A stretch of 64,000 bases of DNA. It comes from Candidatus Binatia bacterium. GTDB taxonomy: Bacteria > Desulfobacterota > Binatia > HRBIN30. Position 1 is the first letter of the stretch. Every line of letters starts with the position of its first letter. The position numbers and the translations under genes were made by a program. The notes beneath the pieces are model-generated. The model did not search any database. It had not been told where the DNA came from and saw only the letters and a list, made by a program, of their open reading frames with translations. The stretch is from NCBI GenBank assembly GCA_036382395.1, contig DASVHW010000043.1:7678-71677 (forward strand), in the 5' to 3' direction. Positions 33,380 through 42,196 of this stretch are shown here, piece after piece.

Positions 33380-33976
33380 ATGGCAGCACAGAAGGATTCC
33401 AATCACGCTGCTTCACGCGAGGGATTTCTCACACGGCTGCGCGCCGCCACAGGGCAGCCGCTGGTGGCAGGCGATGCATTTGGCGAAAGCTTCCTGCTCA
33501 CCCGGCTGAGCGACGCCGTGCAGTGGGCACGGAAGTATTCGTTCTTCCCCTACCCGTTCGTCACGGCATGCTGCGGCATGGAGTACTTCTCCGCCGCGGG
33601 GCCACGCTTCGACCTCGACCGTTTCGGTGCCGCGTTGCCCCGCTTCACGCCGCGGCAATCCGATTTGTTGATGGTGGTGGGCACGATCTCCCATCGGTTG
33701 GCACCGATACTGCAGCGCGTGTGGGAGCAGATGGCCGAACCCAAATGGGTGGTCTCCTTCGGGGCGTGCACGTCGTCGGGTGGCCCCTACAACAACTACG
33801 CGGTGGTGCAAGGCATCGACACGATCATCCCGGTGCATCTCTACATCCCGGGCTGTCCGCCGCGCCCCGAGGCGGTGCTGGACGGTCTGATCAAACTCCA
33901 GAAGCGAGTGCAGGAAGAACGCGGAGGGCAGCCGCTGCCGCATGTTCATGGCAGCGGGCGGTTGATCGAGGACTGA
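33380..33976 (+). CDS. nuoB: NADH-quinone oxidoreductase subunit B (20 kDa / PSST, cluster N2).
   Basis: 'CCGMEY', 'GACTSSGGPYN', 'IPGCPPRPE' Cys motifs. ATG at 33380 with an AGGGGA RBS. Confidence 0.9.
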   Translation: MAAQKDSNHAASREGFLTRLRAATGQPLVAGDAFGESFLLTRLSDAVQWARKYSFFPYPFVTACCGMEYFSAAGPRFDLDRFGAALPRFTPRQSDLLMVVGTISHRLAPILQRVWEQMAEPKWVVSFGACTSSGGPYNNYAVVQGIDTIIPVHLYIPGCPPRPEAVLDGLIKLQKRVQEERGGQPLPHVHGSGRLIED

Positions 33977-33982
33977 GAGGCC

Positions 33983-35581
33983 ATGCCGACCATCACTATT
34001 GACGGCCGAACCATTGAAGCACCAGCAAACGCGATGCTGCTGCCCGTCGCACTCGAGAACGGCATTCATATTCCGCACTACTGCTGGCATCCGAAACTGT
34101 CCATCGACGGCAGTTGCCGCATGTGCCAGGTCGAGGTCGAAGGCAGCCCGAAGCTCGTCATCTCGTGCAATACGCCCATCCGCGACGGCATGGTGGTGCG
34201 CACGACGACGCCGGCCGTACAGAAAGCGCGGCGGGCCGTGCTCGAGCTGCTGTTGGTGAACCATCCGCTCGATTGCCCCATTTGCGACAAAGCCGGCGAA
34301 TGCCTGCTGCAAGACTACTCCTTCGCCTTCGGTAGCCGGGAGGGGCGCAGCCGCGAACCACGGCGCAAGCTGCAGAAGCGCAAAGATATCGGCCCGCGCA
34401 TCGTGCTGGACCAAGAGCGCTGCATTCTCTGCCGACGCTGCGTGCGCTTCTGCCGCGAGATCACCGGCACCAACGAGTTGGGTGTGTTCAACATGGGCGA
34501 CCGCTCCATCCTCGACGTCATGGAGGGCAACCCGCTCGCCAACGATTACTCGATCTGCACCGCCGATATCTGCCCGGTCGGCGCGCTGGGGAACAAGGAG
34601 TTTCACCACCGCCTGCGCGTCTGGTTCCTCAAGAAAACGCCGAGCCTCTGTCCGAATTGCGCCAACGGCTGCAACATCACCGTGGATCATTATCGGGAAC
34701 GCATCTGGCGGCTCATGCCGCGGCGCAACGACGCCGTGAACGAGACCTGGATGTGTGATGCGGGACGTCTCAATCACGGCTATGTCAACAGTCCGGATCG
34801 CTTGCGCCAACCCCTCGTGCGCCGTAACGGGCAGCTGCAACCCTGCGAGTGGGAAGAGGCCCTTTCCACCGCAGCTTCACGCCTGCGGCGCAGCGCCCAT
34901 GACAGCGGGGGACGGGGGCTCGGAGCCATCGCCTCGCCCCACCTCACCAACGAAGAACACTTCCGTTTCTGGCAGCTATTGCGGGTCCTGGGTGTGCCGA
35001 ACGTCGATGTTGCCGTACGCACCGGGCCGAGCGACAACTTCCTGATCAAGGCGGAAAAGGCGGCGAACGCACGAGGCGCGAGAGACATCGGACTGCGGCC
35101 GAGCCCCGAAGGTGTGGGCCTGCCGGCACTGCTGGAGGCGGTCGCCAGCGGGCGCATCACGACGTTGTACGTGTGCGGACCCGATCTGTGGGAGACCGCC
35201 GATCGCGCCTTGCTCACGAAGGCCATGGATCGGCTCGAGTACCTGATCGTACAGGACATTTGCCGCTCGCCGCTGGCTGAGCGCGCCCACCTCGTCCTGC
35301 CGTCGCTGACGTTCGCGGAGAAGGTCGGGACCTTCACCAACTACGCCGGGCGGGTGCAGCGCTTGCACCGTGCCTTCGAACCCCCGGACAACCAACCAAG
35401 CGATGGGGAGATTTTCAGCCGGCTCCTCGGGCAGCTCAGTGAAGGTCGCTGGACCTTTCAACCGGAATCGGTCCTCGAAGAGATTGCCGCAGCGGTGCCG
35501 GCGTACGCCGGACTTACCTACGCGGGCGTCGGCCCGCTCGGCATTGCCGTCGCGGCAGCGAGTGCGGGAGCAGCCACCTGA
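33983..35581 (+). CDS. nuoG: NADH-quinone oxidoreductase subunit G (75 kDa), short form (532 aa).
   Basis: N-terminal 2Fe-2S ('CWHPKLSIDGSCRMCQVEV') and 4Fe-4S ('HPLDCPICDKAGECLLQD', 'CILCRRCVRFC') motifs, then a shortened molybdopterin-oxidoreductase-like domain. Confidence 0.8.
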   Translation: MPTITIDGRTIEAPANAMLLPVALENGIHIPHYCWHPKLSIDGSCRMCQVEVEGSPKLVISCNTPIRDGMVVRTTTPAVQKARRAVLELLLVNHPLDCPICDKAGECLLQDYSFAFGSREGRSREPRRKLQKRKDIGPRIVLDQERCILCRRCVRFCREITGTNELGVFNMGDRSILDVMEGNPLANDYSICTADICPVGALGNKEFHHRLRVWFLKKTPSLCPNCANGCNITVDHYRERIWRLMPRRNDAVNETWMCDAGRLNHGYVNSPDRLRQPLVRRNGQLQPCEWEEALSTAASRLRRSAHDSGGRGLGAIASPHLTNEEHFRFWQLLRVLGVPNVDVAVRTGPSDNFLIKAEKAANARGARDIGLRPSPEGVGLPALLEAVASGRITTLYVCGPDLWETADRALLTKAMDRLEYLIVQDICRSPLAERAHLVLPSLTFAEKVGTFTNYAGRVQRLHRAFEPPDNQPSDGEIFSRLLGQLSEGRWTFQPESVLEEIAAAVPAYAGLTYAGVGPLGIAVAAASAGAAT

Positions 35582-36123
35582 TGGCGGCGCGGGCGGTTTC
35601 CGTTTCACGGCCGCAGCCGATGCAGCAGCACTTGGGGCGCGCGGCCCTGGCGGTGCTGGTCGGGCTGTGGGTCACCAATCGTCATTTCATGCGCAACCTG
35701 TGGGGTTTCATCCGCCGCAAGCCGACGGTCTTTACCGTCCAGTTCCCGGAGCAACGGCTGGAACTCCCCAACGCCTTTCGCGGTATGCCGGTGCTGGTGC
35801 AGATGGACAACGGCAAGGAGCGCTGCGTGGCGTGCGGGTTGTGCGAGTGGGCGTGTCCCACCGACTGCATCACGATTTTCCCGGCGGAGACCGCCGACGA
35901 GATCGAACGCTACCCGGCGGTATTTGACATCAACCTGTCGCGTTGCATGTATTGCGGCCTGTGTGAAGAAGCCTGCCCGGAGGAAGCGATCGTCATGAGC
36001 CAGCGCGTGGAGGTCGCCACCTACACCCGACGCGCCATGCTCTGGCACAAGGAAGACCTGCTCGTTCCCGTCTCGCAGCTCGGCAAACGCCTCCAACACC
36101 TGCGCCGTGGCTACGACCGCTAG
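35581..36123 (+). CDS. nuoI: NADH-quinone oxidoreductase subunit I (2x[4Fe-4S], TYKY).
   Basis: 'CVACGLCEWACP' and 'CMYCGLCEEACP' ferredoxin motifs. Start overlaps the nuoG stop (TGATG). Confidence 0.85.
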   Translation: MAARAVSVSRPQPMQQHLGRAALAVLVGLWVTNRHFMRNLWGFIRRKPTVFTVQFPEQRLELPNAFRGMPVLVQMDNGKERCVACGLCEWACPTDCITIFPAETADEIERYPAVFDINLSRCMYCGLCEEACPEEAIVMSQRVEVATYTRRAMLWHKEDLLVPVSQLGKRLQHLRRGYDR

Positions 36124-36140
36124 CTGAAAGCTCGAAGCCG

Positions 36141-37892
36141 ATGGCTGAACCTGTCGTTGAAAGCTCCCCCGCCCCAGCCCATCCGATTCTGGATCGCCTG
36201 CAGGCACAATTCCCACACGACGTGACCGGCGTCAGTCTGTACCGCGGAGACGTCAGCGCCAGCATAGCGCCGGAACGCATCCTCGACGTAGCGCGCTTCA
36301 TCCGCGATGATCCCGCGCTGCGCTTCGACATGCCGCTGGATGTGACGGCGGTCGATTATCTGGGACAGCACCCGCGCTTCGAAGTCGTGTATCATTTGTA
36401 TTCTACCACGCACCATCACCGACTGCGGCTGAAGGCGCGTGTGCCGGAAGACCGCCCCCTCGCCAGCGTGACCCCGGTGTGGGTGGGCGCCAACTGGCTG
36501 GAACGGGAGACGTACGATATGTACGGCATCCGTTTCGCCGGCCATCCGGATCTGCGCCGGATTTATCTGTACGAGGAGTTCCAGGGGCATCCCTTGCGGA
36601 AAGACTACCCCAAGGACAGGCGGCAGCCGCTCATCGGCCCGGGCTCACGCCGCGGCGTGTCTACTGGCGACGACCGCCCGTACTCCACCGACTTGCCGAA
36701 ACCCCCGCACGGCAAAGGCATGCTGGGGGCGGACTTGATGCGGGTACAGCTCGGGCCGTCCCATCCTGCCACTCACGGCACGGTGCGTATCGTCGTGGAT
36801 CTGGACGGTGAAACCATCACCAACGCCGACGTGCAGGTCGGATTTCTGCATCGTGGCTTCGAGAAGGAATGCGAGAGCGGTTTCTACTATCAGGCGATTC
36901 CCTACACCGATCGCCTGAATTACAGTTCCGCGATCCTCTGCAACGTCGGTTACTGCATGGCGGTGGAGAAGTTGCTGGGGATCGAAACCACGCCGCGCTG
37001 CCAATTCCTGCGCGTCCTGTCCGGCGAGATGGCCCGCATGGCCGACCACTTCCTGTGTGTCGGCGCCACCGCGCTCGAGCTGAACGCGTTCACGCCCTTC
37101 TTGTACTGTCTCCAGGCACGCGAGCTGGTGTGGGACGTCGTCGATGCCCTCTGCGGTGGCCGCGTCACCAGCAACTACATCCGCATCGGCGGCGTCAGCG
37201 CCGACCTGCCTGAAGGCTTTGCCGAACTCGCTCGACTGAAGATTTCGAAGGCGCTGAAGCTGCTCGACGACACCGAAAAGTTGCTGACAGAGAATCCGAT
37301 TTTCCGCGCCCGCATGGAAGGTGTGGGCTATCTGCCGGCCGAGGAGCTCATCGCCTACGGCGTGTGTGGTCCCGTGCTGCGGGCGGCCGGTGTGGATCTC
37401 GATCTGCGGCGGGCGCAGCCATACTTGGTGTACGATCAGCTCGAATTCGACGTGCCCCTCGGAACGCGGGGCGACAACATGGACCGCTATCTGGTCCGCC
37501 TCGTGGAGCTTCGACAGAGCGCCCGCATCATCGAGCAATGCTTGCGCATGTTGCCGCCTGGTCCAGTGGACATCGACGACCCGGCGATTCGCTGGCCGGG
37601 AAAGTCAAAAGTGTTCGGCCGCATGGAGGAGCTCATCGACCAGTTCAAGCTGGTCACCGAAGGTGTCAAGCCGCCGCCCGGCGAAGTGTACGTCGGCACC
37701 GAGTCGGCCAACGGCGAGATCGGCTTCTTCCTGGTCAGCGATGGCACGGGAAAGCCCTACAAGTGCCGCGCCCGCACGCCGAGTTTTTCGAACACCCAGC
37801 CGCTGGCGCGCATGATTCAGGGACGGCTGATTGCCGATCTGGTCCCGACGTTCGACTTGCTCAACATGATCGGAGGAGAATGTGACCGCTGA
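36141..37892 (+). CDS. nuoCD: Fused NADH-quinone oxidoreductase subunits C and D (30 kDa + 49 kDa).
   Basis: N-terminal NuoC ('VWVGANWLERETYDMYGIRFAGHPDLRRIYL') joined to NuoD ('GPSHPATHGTVRIVVDLDGE', C-terminal '...GGECDR'). Confidence 0.9.
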   Translation: MAEPVVESSPAPAHPILDRLQAQFPHDVTGVSLYRGDVSASIAPERILDVARFIRDDPALRFDMPLDVTAVDYLGQHPRFEVVYHLYSTTHHHRLRLKARVPEDRPLASVTPVWVGANWLERETYDMYGIRFAGHPDLRRIYLYEEFQGHPLRKDYPKDRRQPLIGPGSRRGVSTGDDRPYSTDLPKPPHGKGMLGADLMRVQLGPSHPATHGTVRIVVDLDGETITNADVQVGFLHRGFEKECESGFYYQAIPYTDRLNYSSAILCNVGYCMAVEKLLGIETTPRCQFLRVLSGEMARMADHFLCVGATALELNAFTPFLYCLQARELVWDVVDALCGGRVTSNYIRIGGVSADLPEGFAELARLKISKALKLLDDTEKLLTENPIFRARMEGVGYLPAEELIAYGVCGPVLRAAGVDLDLRRAQPYLVYDQLEFDVPLGTRGDNMDRYLVRLVELRQSARIIEQCLRMLPPGPVDIDDPAIRWPGKSKVFGRMEELIDQFKLVTEGVKPPPGEVYVGTESANGEIGFFLVSDGTGKPYKCRARTPSFSNTQPLARMIQGRLIADLVPTFDLLNMIGGECDR

Positions 37893-39744
37893 GCACGTCC
37901 ACACGGGCGGCGCCGAGATCTCCGGCACACGAGCGGGCAGCCGCGGTGACCATAAGCTGTCAGACGCGTGTCGCGCCAGCATTGTGGCGCTGCGCAAGAA
38001 TTACCCGCAGCCCCGCGCGGCGCTGTTGCCGGCCTTGCACCTGGCACAGGCGGAATACGGCTACCTGCCACGCGAGATCGTCGACGAAATTGCGGGATTG
38101 CTGGACCTGCTCCCCATCCAGGTCCAGGAGGTCGTGTCGTTTTATCCCATGTTCCACAGCACCAAGGTGGGACGCTGCCACATCCAGGTGTGCACCAACA
38201 TCGCCTGTGCCTTGGGTGGTGCGCGCAAGCTGGTACGGCAAATCGAATCCACCCTGGGCATTCGCCCCGGCGAGGTCGCGCCGGACGGCAAGTTCTCGCT
38301 TGCCGAGGTGGAGTGTCTCGGATCGTGCGGCACCGCGCCCGTGCTCCAGCTCAACAACCAGCCGTTCCTCGAACGCGTGACAGCGGATGACATTGGCCGA
38401 TTGCTGAAAGCTGACGATCCGCTTCAGGTCACGCGCGAAGCACCAGAAATCTCGATGATCCCGGAGGGCATCGAAGGCTATCTCCTCCCGCCCAATGGGC
38501 AGGCACGCCGCGCCATCGACGACTACCTCGCGGTGGGCGGCTACCAGACAGCGCAGAAAGCTTGGCGCGAAATGCAGCCCGAGGAGATTCAAGAGATCGT
38601 CAAGGCCTCGGGCCTGCGCGGCCGCGGCGGCGCCGGTTTTGGAACCGGTATGAAGTGGACCTTCATGCCGAAGGAATCGCAGAAGCCGTGCTACCTTGCC
38701 GTCAACGGCGACGAGAGCGAACCCGCCACCTTCAAGGACCGGCAGATCCTCCAGCGCAACCCACATCAGTTCCTCGAGGGCGTGTTGATCGCCGGGCGCG
38801 CCATCCGCGCCCAGGCCGCCTATGTCTACCTGCGCGGCGAGTACGTCGTTCCCTACCTCACCTTGATGGAGGCCAGGGAGCAAGCGTACGCGCGCGGCCT
38901 CTTCGGCGACAACATCATGGGCACGGGAAACAAGTTCGACGTCTACGTCACCCGCGGCGCCGGCGCCTATATCTGCGGCGAAGAAACCGGCATGATGGAA
39001 TCGCTGGAAGGCAAGAAGGGCCAGCCCCGCAAGCGCCCGCCGTTTCCGGCCGCCTCGGGACTGTGGGCTTGCCCGACGACGGTCAACAACATCGAAACGA
39101 TGACCCATGTCCCGGCGATCGTCGGACGCGGGGCCGAGTGGTTCAAGAGCATGGGCACCGAGAAGAGCACGGGCAACACGCTTTTCGGCGTCAGCGGCCA
39201 CGTGCGCCGGCCGGGCGTGTACGAGCTGCCACTCGGCACGACGATGCAGGAGATCATCGAGAAGCATGCGGGCGGTTTGGCGAACGGCCGGCCGGTGAAG
39301 GCGATCATTCCAGGCGGCGTGTCGATGCCGGTGCTCACCGCTGACAGTATCGGCGTGCGCATGGATCACGATTCGCTGCAGAAGGCGGGCACGCTGCTCG
39401 GGACCGGTGGCATCGTGGTGATGGACGATTCCGTCTGCGTGGTGCGCGCCGCCGCCGTGATTGCGCGCTTCTTCCGGCACGAAACCTGTGGCCAGTGCAC
39501 CAATTGCCGCGAGGGCACCGCGTTCCTCTACAAGCTGCTCATGCGCATCGAGAACGGCGACGGAACGGAGGCCGACCTCGACACCATCGCTCAGGTGTGC
39601 GGCTACATGGAAGGGCAAACGATCTGCGTGCTCTCCGATGCCGCGGCATGGGCGGCCGGTAACTTCCTCAAGCGCTTTCGTAGTGAGTTCGAGCAGCACA
39701 TCCGAGAAAAGCGCTGCCCATTGCCGAACAGTTTTGAAATGTGA
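37882..39744 (+). CDS. nuoEF: Fused NADH-quinone oxidoreductase subunits E and F (24 kDa 2Fe-2S + 51 kDa FMN/NADH-binding).
   Basis: NuoE thioredoxin-like 2Fe-2S ('CTNIACALGG ... ECLGSCGTAP'), then NuoF ('GLRGRGGAGFGTGMKW', 'ETCGQCTNCREG'). 11-nt overlap with nuoCD. Confidence 0.9.
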   Translation: MTAEHVHTGGAEISGTRAGSRGDHKLSDACRASIVALRKNYPQPRAALLPALHLAQAEYGYLPREIVDEIAGLLDLLPIQVQEVVSFYPMFHSTKVGRCHIQVCTNIACALGGARKLVRQIESTLGIRPGEVAPDGKFSLAEVECLGSCGTAPVLQLNNQPFLERVTADDIGRLLKADDPLQVTREAPEISMIPEGIEGYLLPPNGQARRAIDDYLAVGGYQTAQKAWREMQPEEIQEIVKASGLRGRGGAGFGTGMKWTFMPKESQKPCYLAVNGDESEPATFKDRQILQRNPHQFLEGVLIAGRAIRAQAAYVYLRGEYVVPYLTLMEAREQAYARGLFGDNIMGTGNKFDVYVTRGAGAYICGEETGMMESLEGKKGQPRKRPPFPAASGLWACPTTVNNIETMTHVPAIVGRGAEWFKSMGTEKSTGNTLFGVSGHVRRPGVYELPLGTTMQEIIEKHAGGLANGRPVKAIIPGGVSMPVLTADSIGVRMDHDSLQKAGTLLGTGGIVVMDDSVCVVRAAAVIARFFRHETCGQCTNCREGTAFLYKLLMRIENGDGTEADLDTIAQVCGYMEGQTICVLSDAAAWAAGNFLKRFRSEFEQHIREKRCPLPNSFEM

Positions 39745-39791
39745 GAAGAGCCGTCAGCATTCAGCTAACAGCGGTCAGCTTCGGAGACCAG

Positions 39792-39828
39792 GTTCCCTCT
39801 CCCTCCGGGAGAGGGTCAGGGTGAGGGG
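39792..39828. repeat. REP-like palindromic intergenic repeat, copy 1 (gttCCCTCTCCCtccGGGAGAGGGtcagggtgagggg).
   Basis: 9-bp perfect inverted repeat CCCTCTCCC/GGGAGAGGG plus a 'tcagggtgaggg' tail. A near-identical copy is at 44926..44962. Sits just downstream of the nuoEF stop. Confidence 0.6.
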
Positions 39829-39893
39829 ACTAGATGATGGCTTCGACAAACGAGCTGAAAGCTGAGCGCTGAAAGCTGAGCGCTGGAGGATTC

Positions 39894-40172
39894 ATGCCCG
39901 GACCGATTCTTCGCAACGCAGTGGTGAAATACTTCGGCACACCGAACCAGACCGAAGGCAGCGTCAACGAGCCGCGCGAACGCGAAGAGCACGGCATGCA
40001 CTTCAATGAGAAGTGGACCTACCGCGGCCCGCGGCGCGACCCCGCTGGTGCCGTCGAGCGCATCATCTATTGGCACCGCTACGACTACGTCGGCGCGATG
40101 ATCCGCAAGACCAAAGACGGCGAGTGGCAGAAGGACGACAGCCTCCCACAAGCGCTCGGTCGGACGGCGTAG
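39894..40172 (+). CDS. Hypothetical small protein (92 aa).
   Basis: ATG with a strong RBS (ctGGAGGAttcATG). No family recognised. Confidence 0.4.
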   Translation: MPGPILRNAVVKYFGTPNQTEGSVNEPREREEHGMHFNEKWTYRGPRRDPAGAVERIIYWHRYDYVGAMIRKTKDGEWQKDDSLPQALGRTA

Positions 40173-40243
40173 CCACTTCACATCAAGTACGGAGTCCGGA
40201 TCAGGTTCCTCCCTTTGCCAGAGTCCGTCGATTTTCTCCGAAT

Positions 40244-40271
40244 GTAGCGGCGCAGCATGCTGCGCCGCTAC
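40244..40271. promoter_or_regulatory. Perfect 28-nt palindrome (gtagcggcgcagc-at-gctgcgccgctac). Candidate operator or terminator hairpin.
   Basis: Exact 13-bp inverted repeat around a 2-nt centre, between the 92-aa ORF and the secreted-protein gene. No T-run follows. Confidence 0.35.
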
Positions 40272-40402
40272 GGAAGGGCGCGGAAAATGCGGCCTACCAA
40301 GCCAGCGGCCGGTCATTTATCGACAGTCTCTGCCAAGGAGGGGAATGAGGCTGGATTCGCCACCGGGCTTGCCGCGCCGGCGGCACTTGATACGATCGCC
40401 CC

Positions 40403-40915
40403 ATGCGAATCGCAACCGTCTTCTTGGCATTCCTGTGCGCTGCCGCACTCAGCGCGGCCACGCCCCTGGGTACCGGCATGCGCATGCCGGCATTCACGTT
40501 AGCCGATCAGCACGACGTGCAAGGTTCGGTGCGCCCCGACACTCGCTGCGTCCTCTTCAGCCGCGACATGAGCGCCGCGAATGTCGTGAAGGAGGCGCTG
40601 GCCAACGACCCTGCTGCACTGATCGAGGCGGCTAGTGCCGTTGTCGTGTCCGACATCTCCGGCATGCCCAGCCTCATCACCAAGCTGTTCGCGTTACCGG
40701 CGCTACGCAAGCGCCCGTACCAAATACTGCTCGACCGCGACGGGAAAGTGACAGCGAACCTCCCCTCCATGAACGGCAAGGTCACGGTGCTTCAACTGCA
40801 GGCGCTCACCATCGAGCGCGTGGAGTACGTCGAGTCTGCCGACGCGCTCCGCGCGGCGCTGCGTCAGGCGGCCGCGCCGCCGCGGGACCATCGAGCCAGC
40901 GGGGACGCAGAATGA
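40403..40915 (+). CDS. Secreted hypothetical protein (170 aa), weak redoxin-like N-terminal pattern.
   Basis: Signal peptide 'MRIATVFLAFLCAAALSAA'. 'PAFTLADQHDVQ' resembles AhpC/TlpA-type beta-alpha-beta entries but has no CxxC. Confidence 0.45.
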   Translation: MRIATVFLAFLCAAALSAATPLGTGMRMPAFTLADQHDVQGSVRPDTRCVLFSRDMSAANVVKEALANDPAALIEAASAVVVSDISGMPSLITKLFALPALRKRPYQILLDRDGKVTANLPSMNGKVTVLQLQALTIERVEYVESADALRAALRQAAAPPRDHRASGDAE

Positions 40916-41712
40916 TCAGCCCGGACTTCCGGAGCATGATGGCGCTCGAGCCGCACGGGCCGGACACATTCGTGGCCACGGGTCCGCGCTATCCCTGGGG
41001 CGGACTCTACGGCGGCCAGATCATCGCGCAGGCGCTACGCGCCGCCTCACTCACCGTCGACCCGGCCTACCAGTTGCACTCGCTCCACGCCTACTTCATC
41101 CGCCTCGGCGATGCGGCGGAGCCCATTCGGCTCGAGGTCGACCGCATCCGCAACGGCCGCAGCTTTCTCACGCGGCGCGTCGTCGCGCGCCAGTCCGTTG
41201 GCGCCATCCTCAACATGTCCTCGTCGTTCCACGTGCCCGAGGAGGGCCCCGAGGTGCAAACGGAGGACATGCCGCGCGTCCCGCCGCCCGACCAACTCAC
41301 CCCCAATAGCTGGAGCCCACTCATCGAACGGCGCCTCCTGCGCGAGGACATCGCGCCGGGCCGCGTCGGCGCCTGGATGCGATTCGCGGAAGACATCGGC
41401 GACGATCCTCTCCTGAACGCCTGTGCGTTGGCCTACCTCTCGGACGATCTGCCGACCGACGCCGTGGTCGCGCGCCATCCCAATCGCCCGCCGCGCGATG
41501 CCGCGGAGCGAAGGTTCTGGAACGCCAGCCTCGACCACGCCATCTGGTTTCACCACCCGTTGCAGGTGAACGAGTGGCACCTGCACGATTTCACTTGTCG
41601 CGGACTCGTCGGCACGCGGGGCTTATCCGTCGGATCCATCTTCGACCGCCGCGGCCGGCACATCGCGACCGTGTCGCAGGAAGCCCTGATCCGGCCGATC
41701 CGCACCGACTGA
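40912..41712 (+). CDS. tesB: Acyl-CoA thioesterase II (TesB-like, double hot-dog).
   Basis: 'GGQIIAQALRAA', 'LHSLHAYFIRLGD', 'RNGRSF' motifs of the TesB family. ATGA overlap with the upstream gene. Confidence 0.8.
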   Translation: MISPDFRSMMALEPHGPDTFVATGPRYPWGGLYGGQIIAQALRAASLTVDPAYQLHSLHAYFIRLGDAAEPIRLEVDRIRNGRSFLTRRVVARQSVGAILNMSSSFHVPEEGPEVQTEDMPRVPPPDQLTPNSWSPLIERRLLREDIAPGRVGAWMRFAEDIGDDPLLNACALAYLSDDLPTDAVVARHPNRPPRDAAERRFWNASLDHAIWFHHPLQVNEWHLHDFTCRGLVGTRGLSVGSIFDRRGRHIATVSQEALIRPIRTD

Positions 41713-41722
41713 CCCAGCGCGC

Positions 41723-42082
41723 CTATTGCCAGCGGCCAAAACGCAGGGGCTCGCGTCCTTCGATTACCTCGGGCGTGATCATCGCTTGCCCGTCGGTAGA
41801 TTGCCACACGGCTCGCGCCGCCGCTTCATTGCCCCCGGTAATCCAGCCGGTGAATCCGCCGACTTCAGCAGTGGCCAGTGTGATCGTCAAGCGGAGCGGG
41901 AAGTACACGATATTGGTCAAGGCCGCCAGCAGACTTGCCCCCGCATCAGGCTCGAGGCCCGTCGACGTCTCCGTCATCTGCGAGGCAGGTTCGCCACCCG
42001 CCAGCATCTGCTCAGCCGCCCAAACCGGCATCGCGACTACAAGCGCCAGCAGAAGAAGCAACGCACATGATGCCTTCTTCAT
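41723..42082 (-). CDS. Small secreted hypothetical protein (119 aa).
   Basis: Signal peptide 'MKKASCALLLLLALVVAMPVWAA'. No family assigned. Confidence 0.45.
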   Translation of the reverse strand: MKKASCALLLLLALVVAMPVWAAEQMLAGGEPASQMTETSTGLEPDAGASLLAALTNIVYFPLRLTITLATAEVGGFTGWITGGNEAAARAVWQSTDGQAMITPEVIEGREPLRFGRWQ

Positions 42083-42196
42083 GAGGCCTCCCTTGCAACC
42101 ACTGTGAGCTTACACTCACGGCGAACGTTTGTCAGCACACACGCACCAGGCGCCGTTGTGACCCCTGGCCGTTCATGCTAATCGACTGCGGTTCTG

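Noticed and set aside
33413-34840. 475-aa minus-strand ORF
   Set aside because: Antisense to nuoB/nuoG, which carry unmistakable Fe-S motifs. GC artefact.
36645-37538. 297-aa minus-strand ORF
   Set aside because: Antisense to nuoCD.
37960-39699. 579-aa minus-strand ORF
   Set aside because: Antisense to the nuoEF fusion gene. No domain features.
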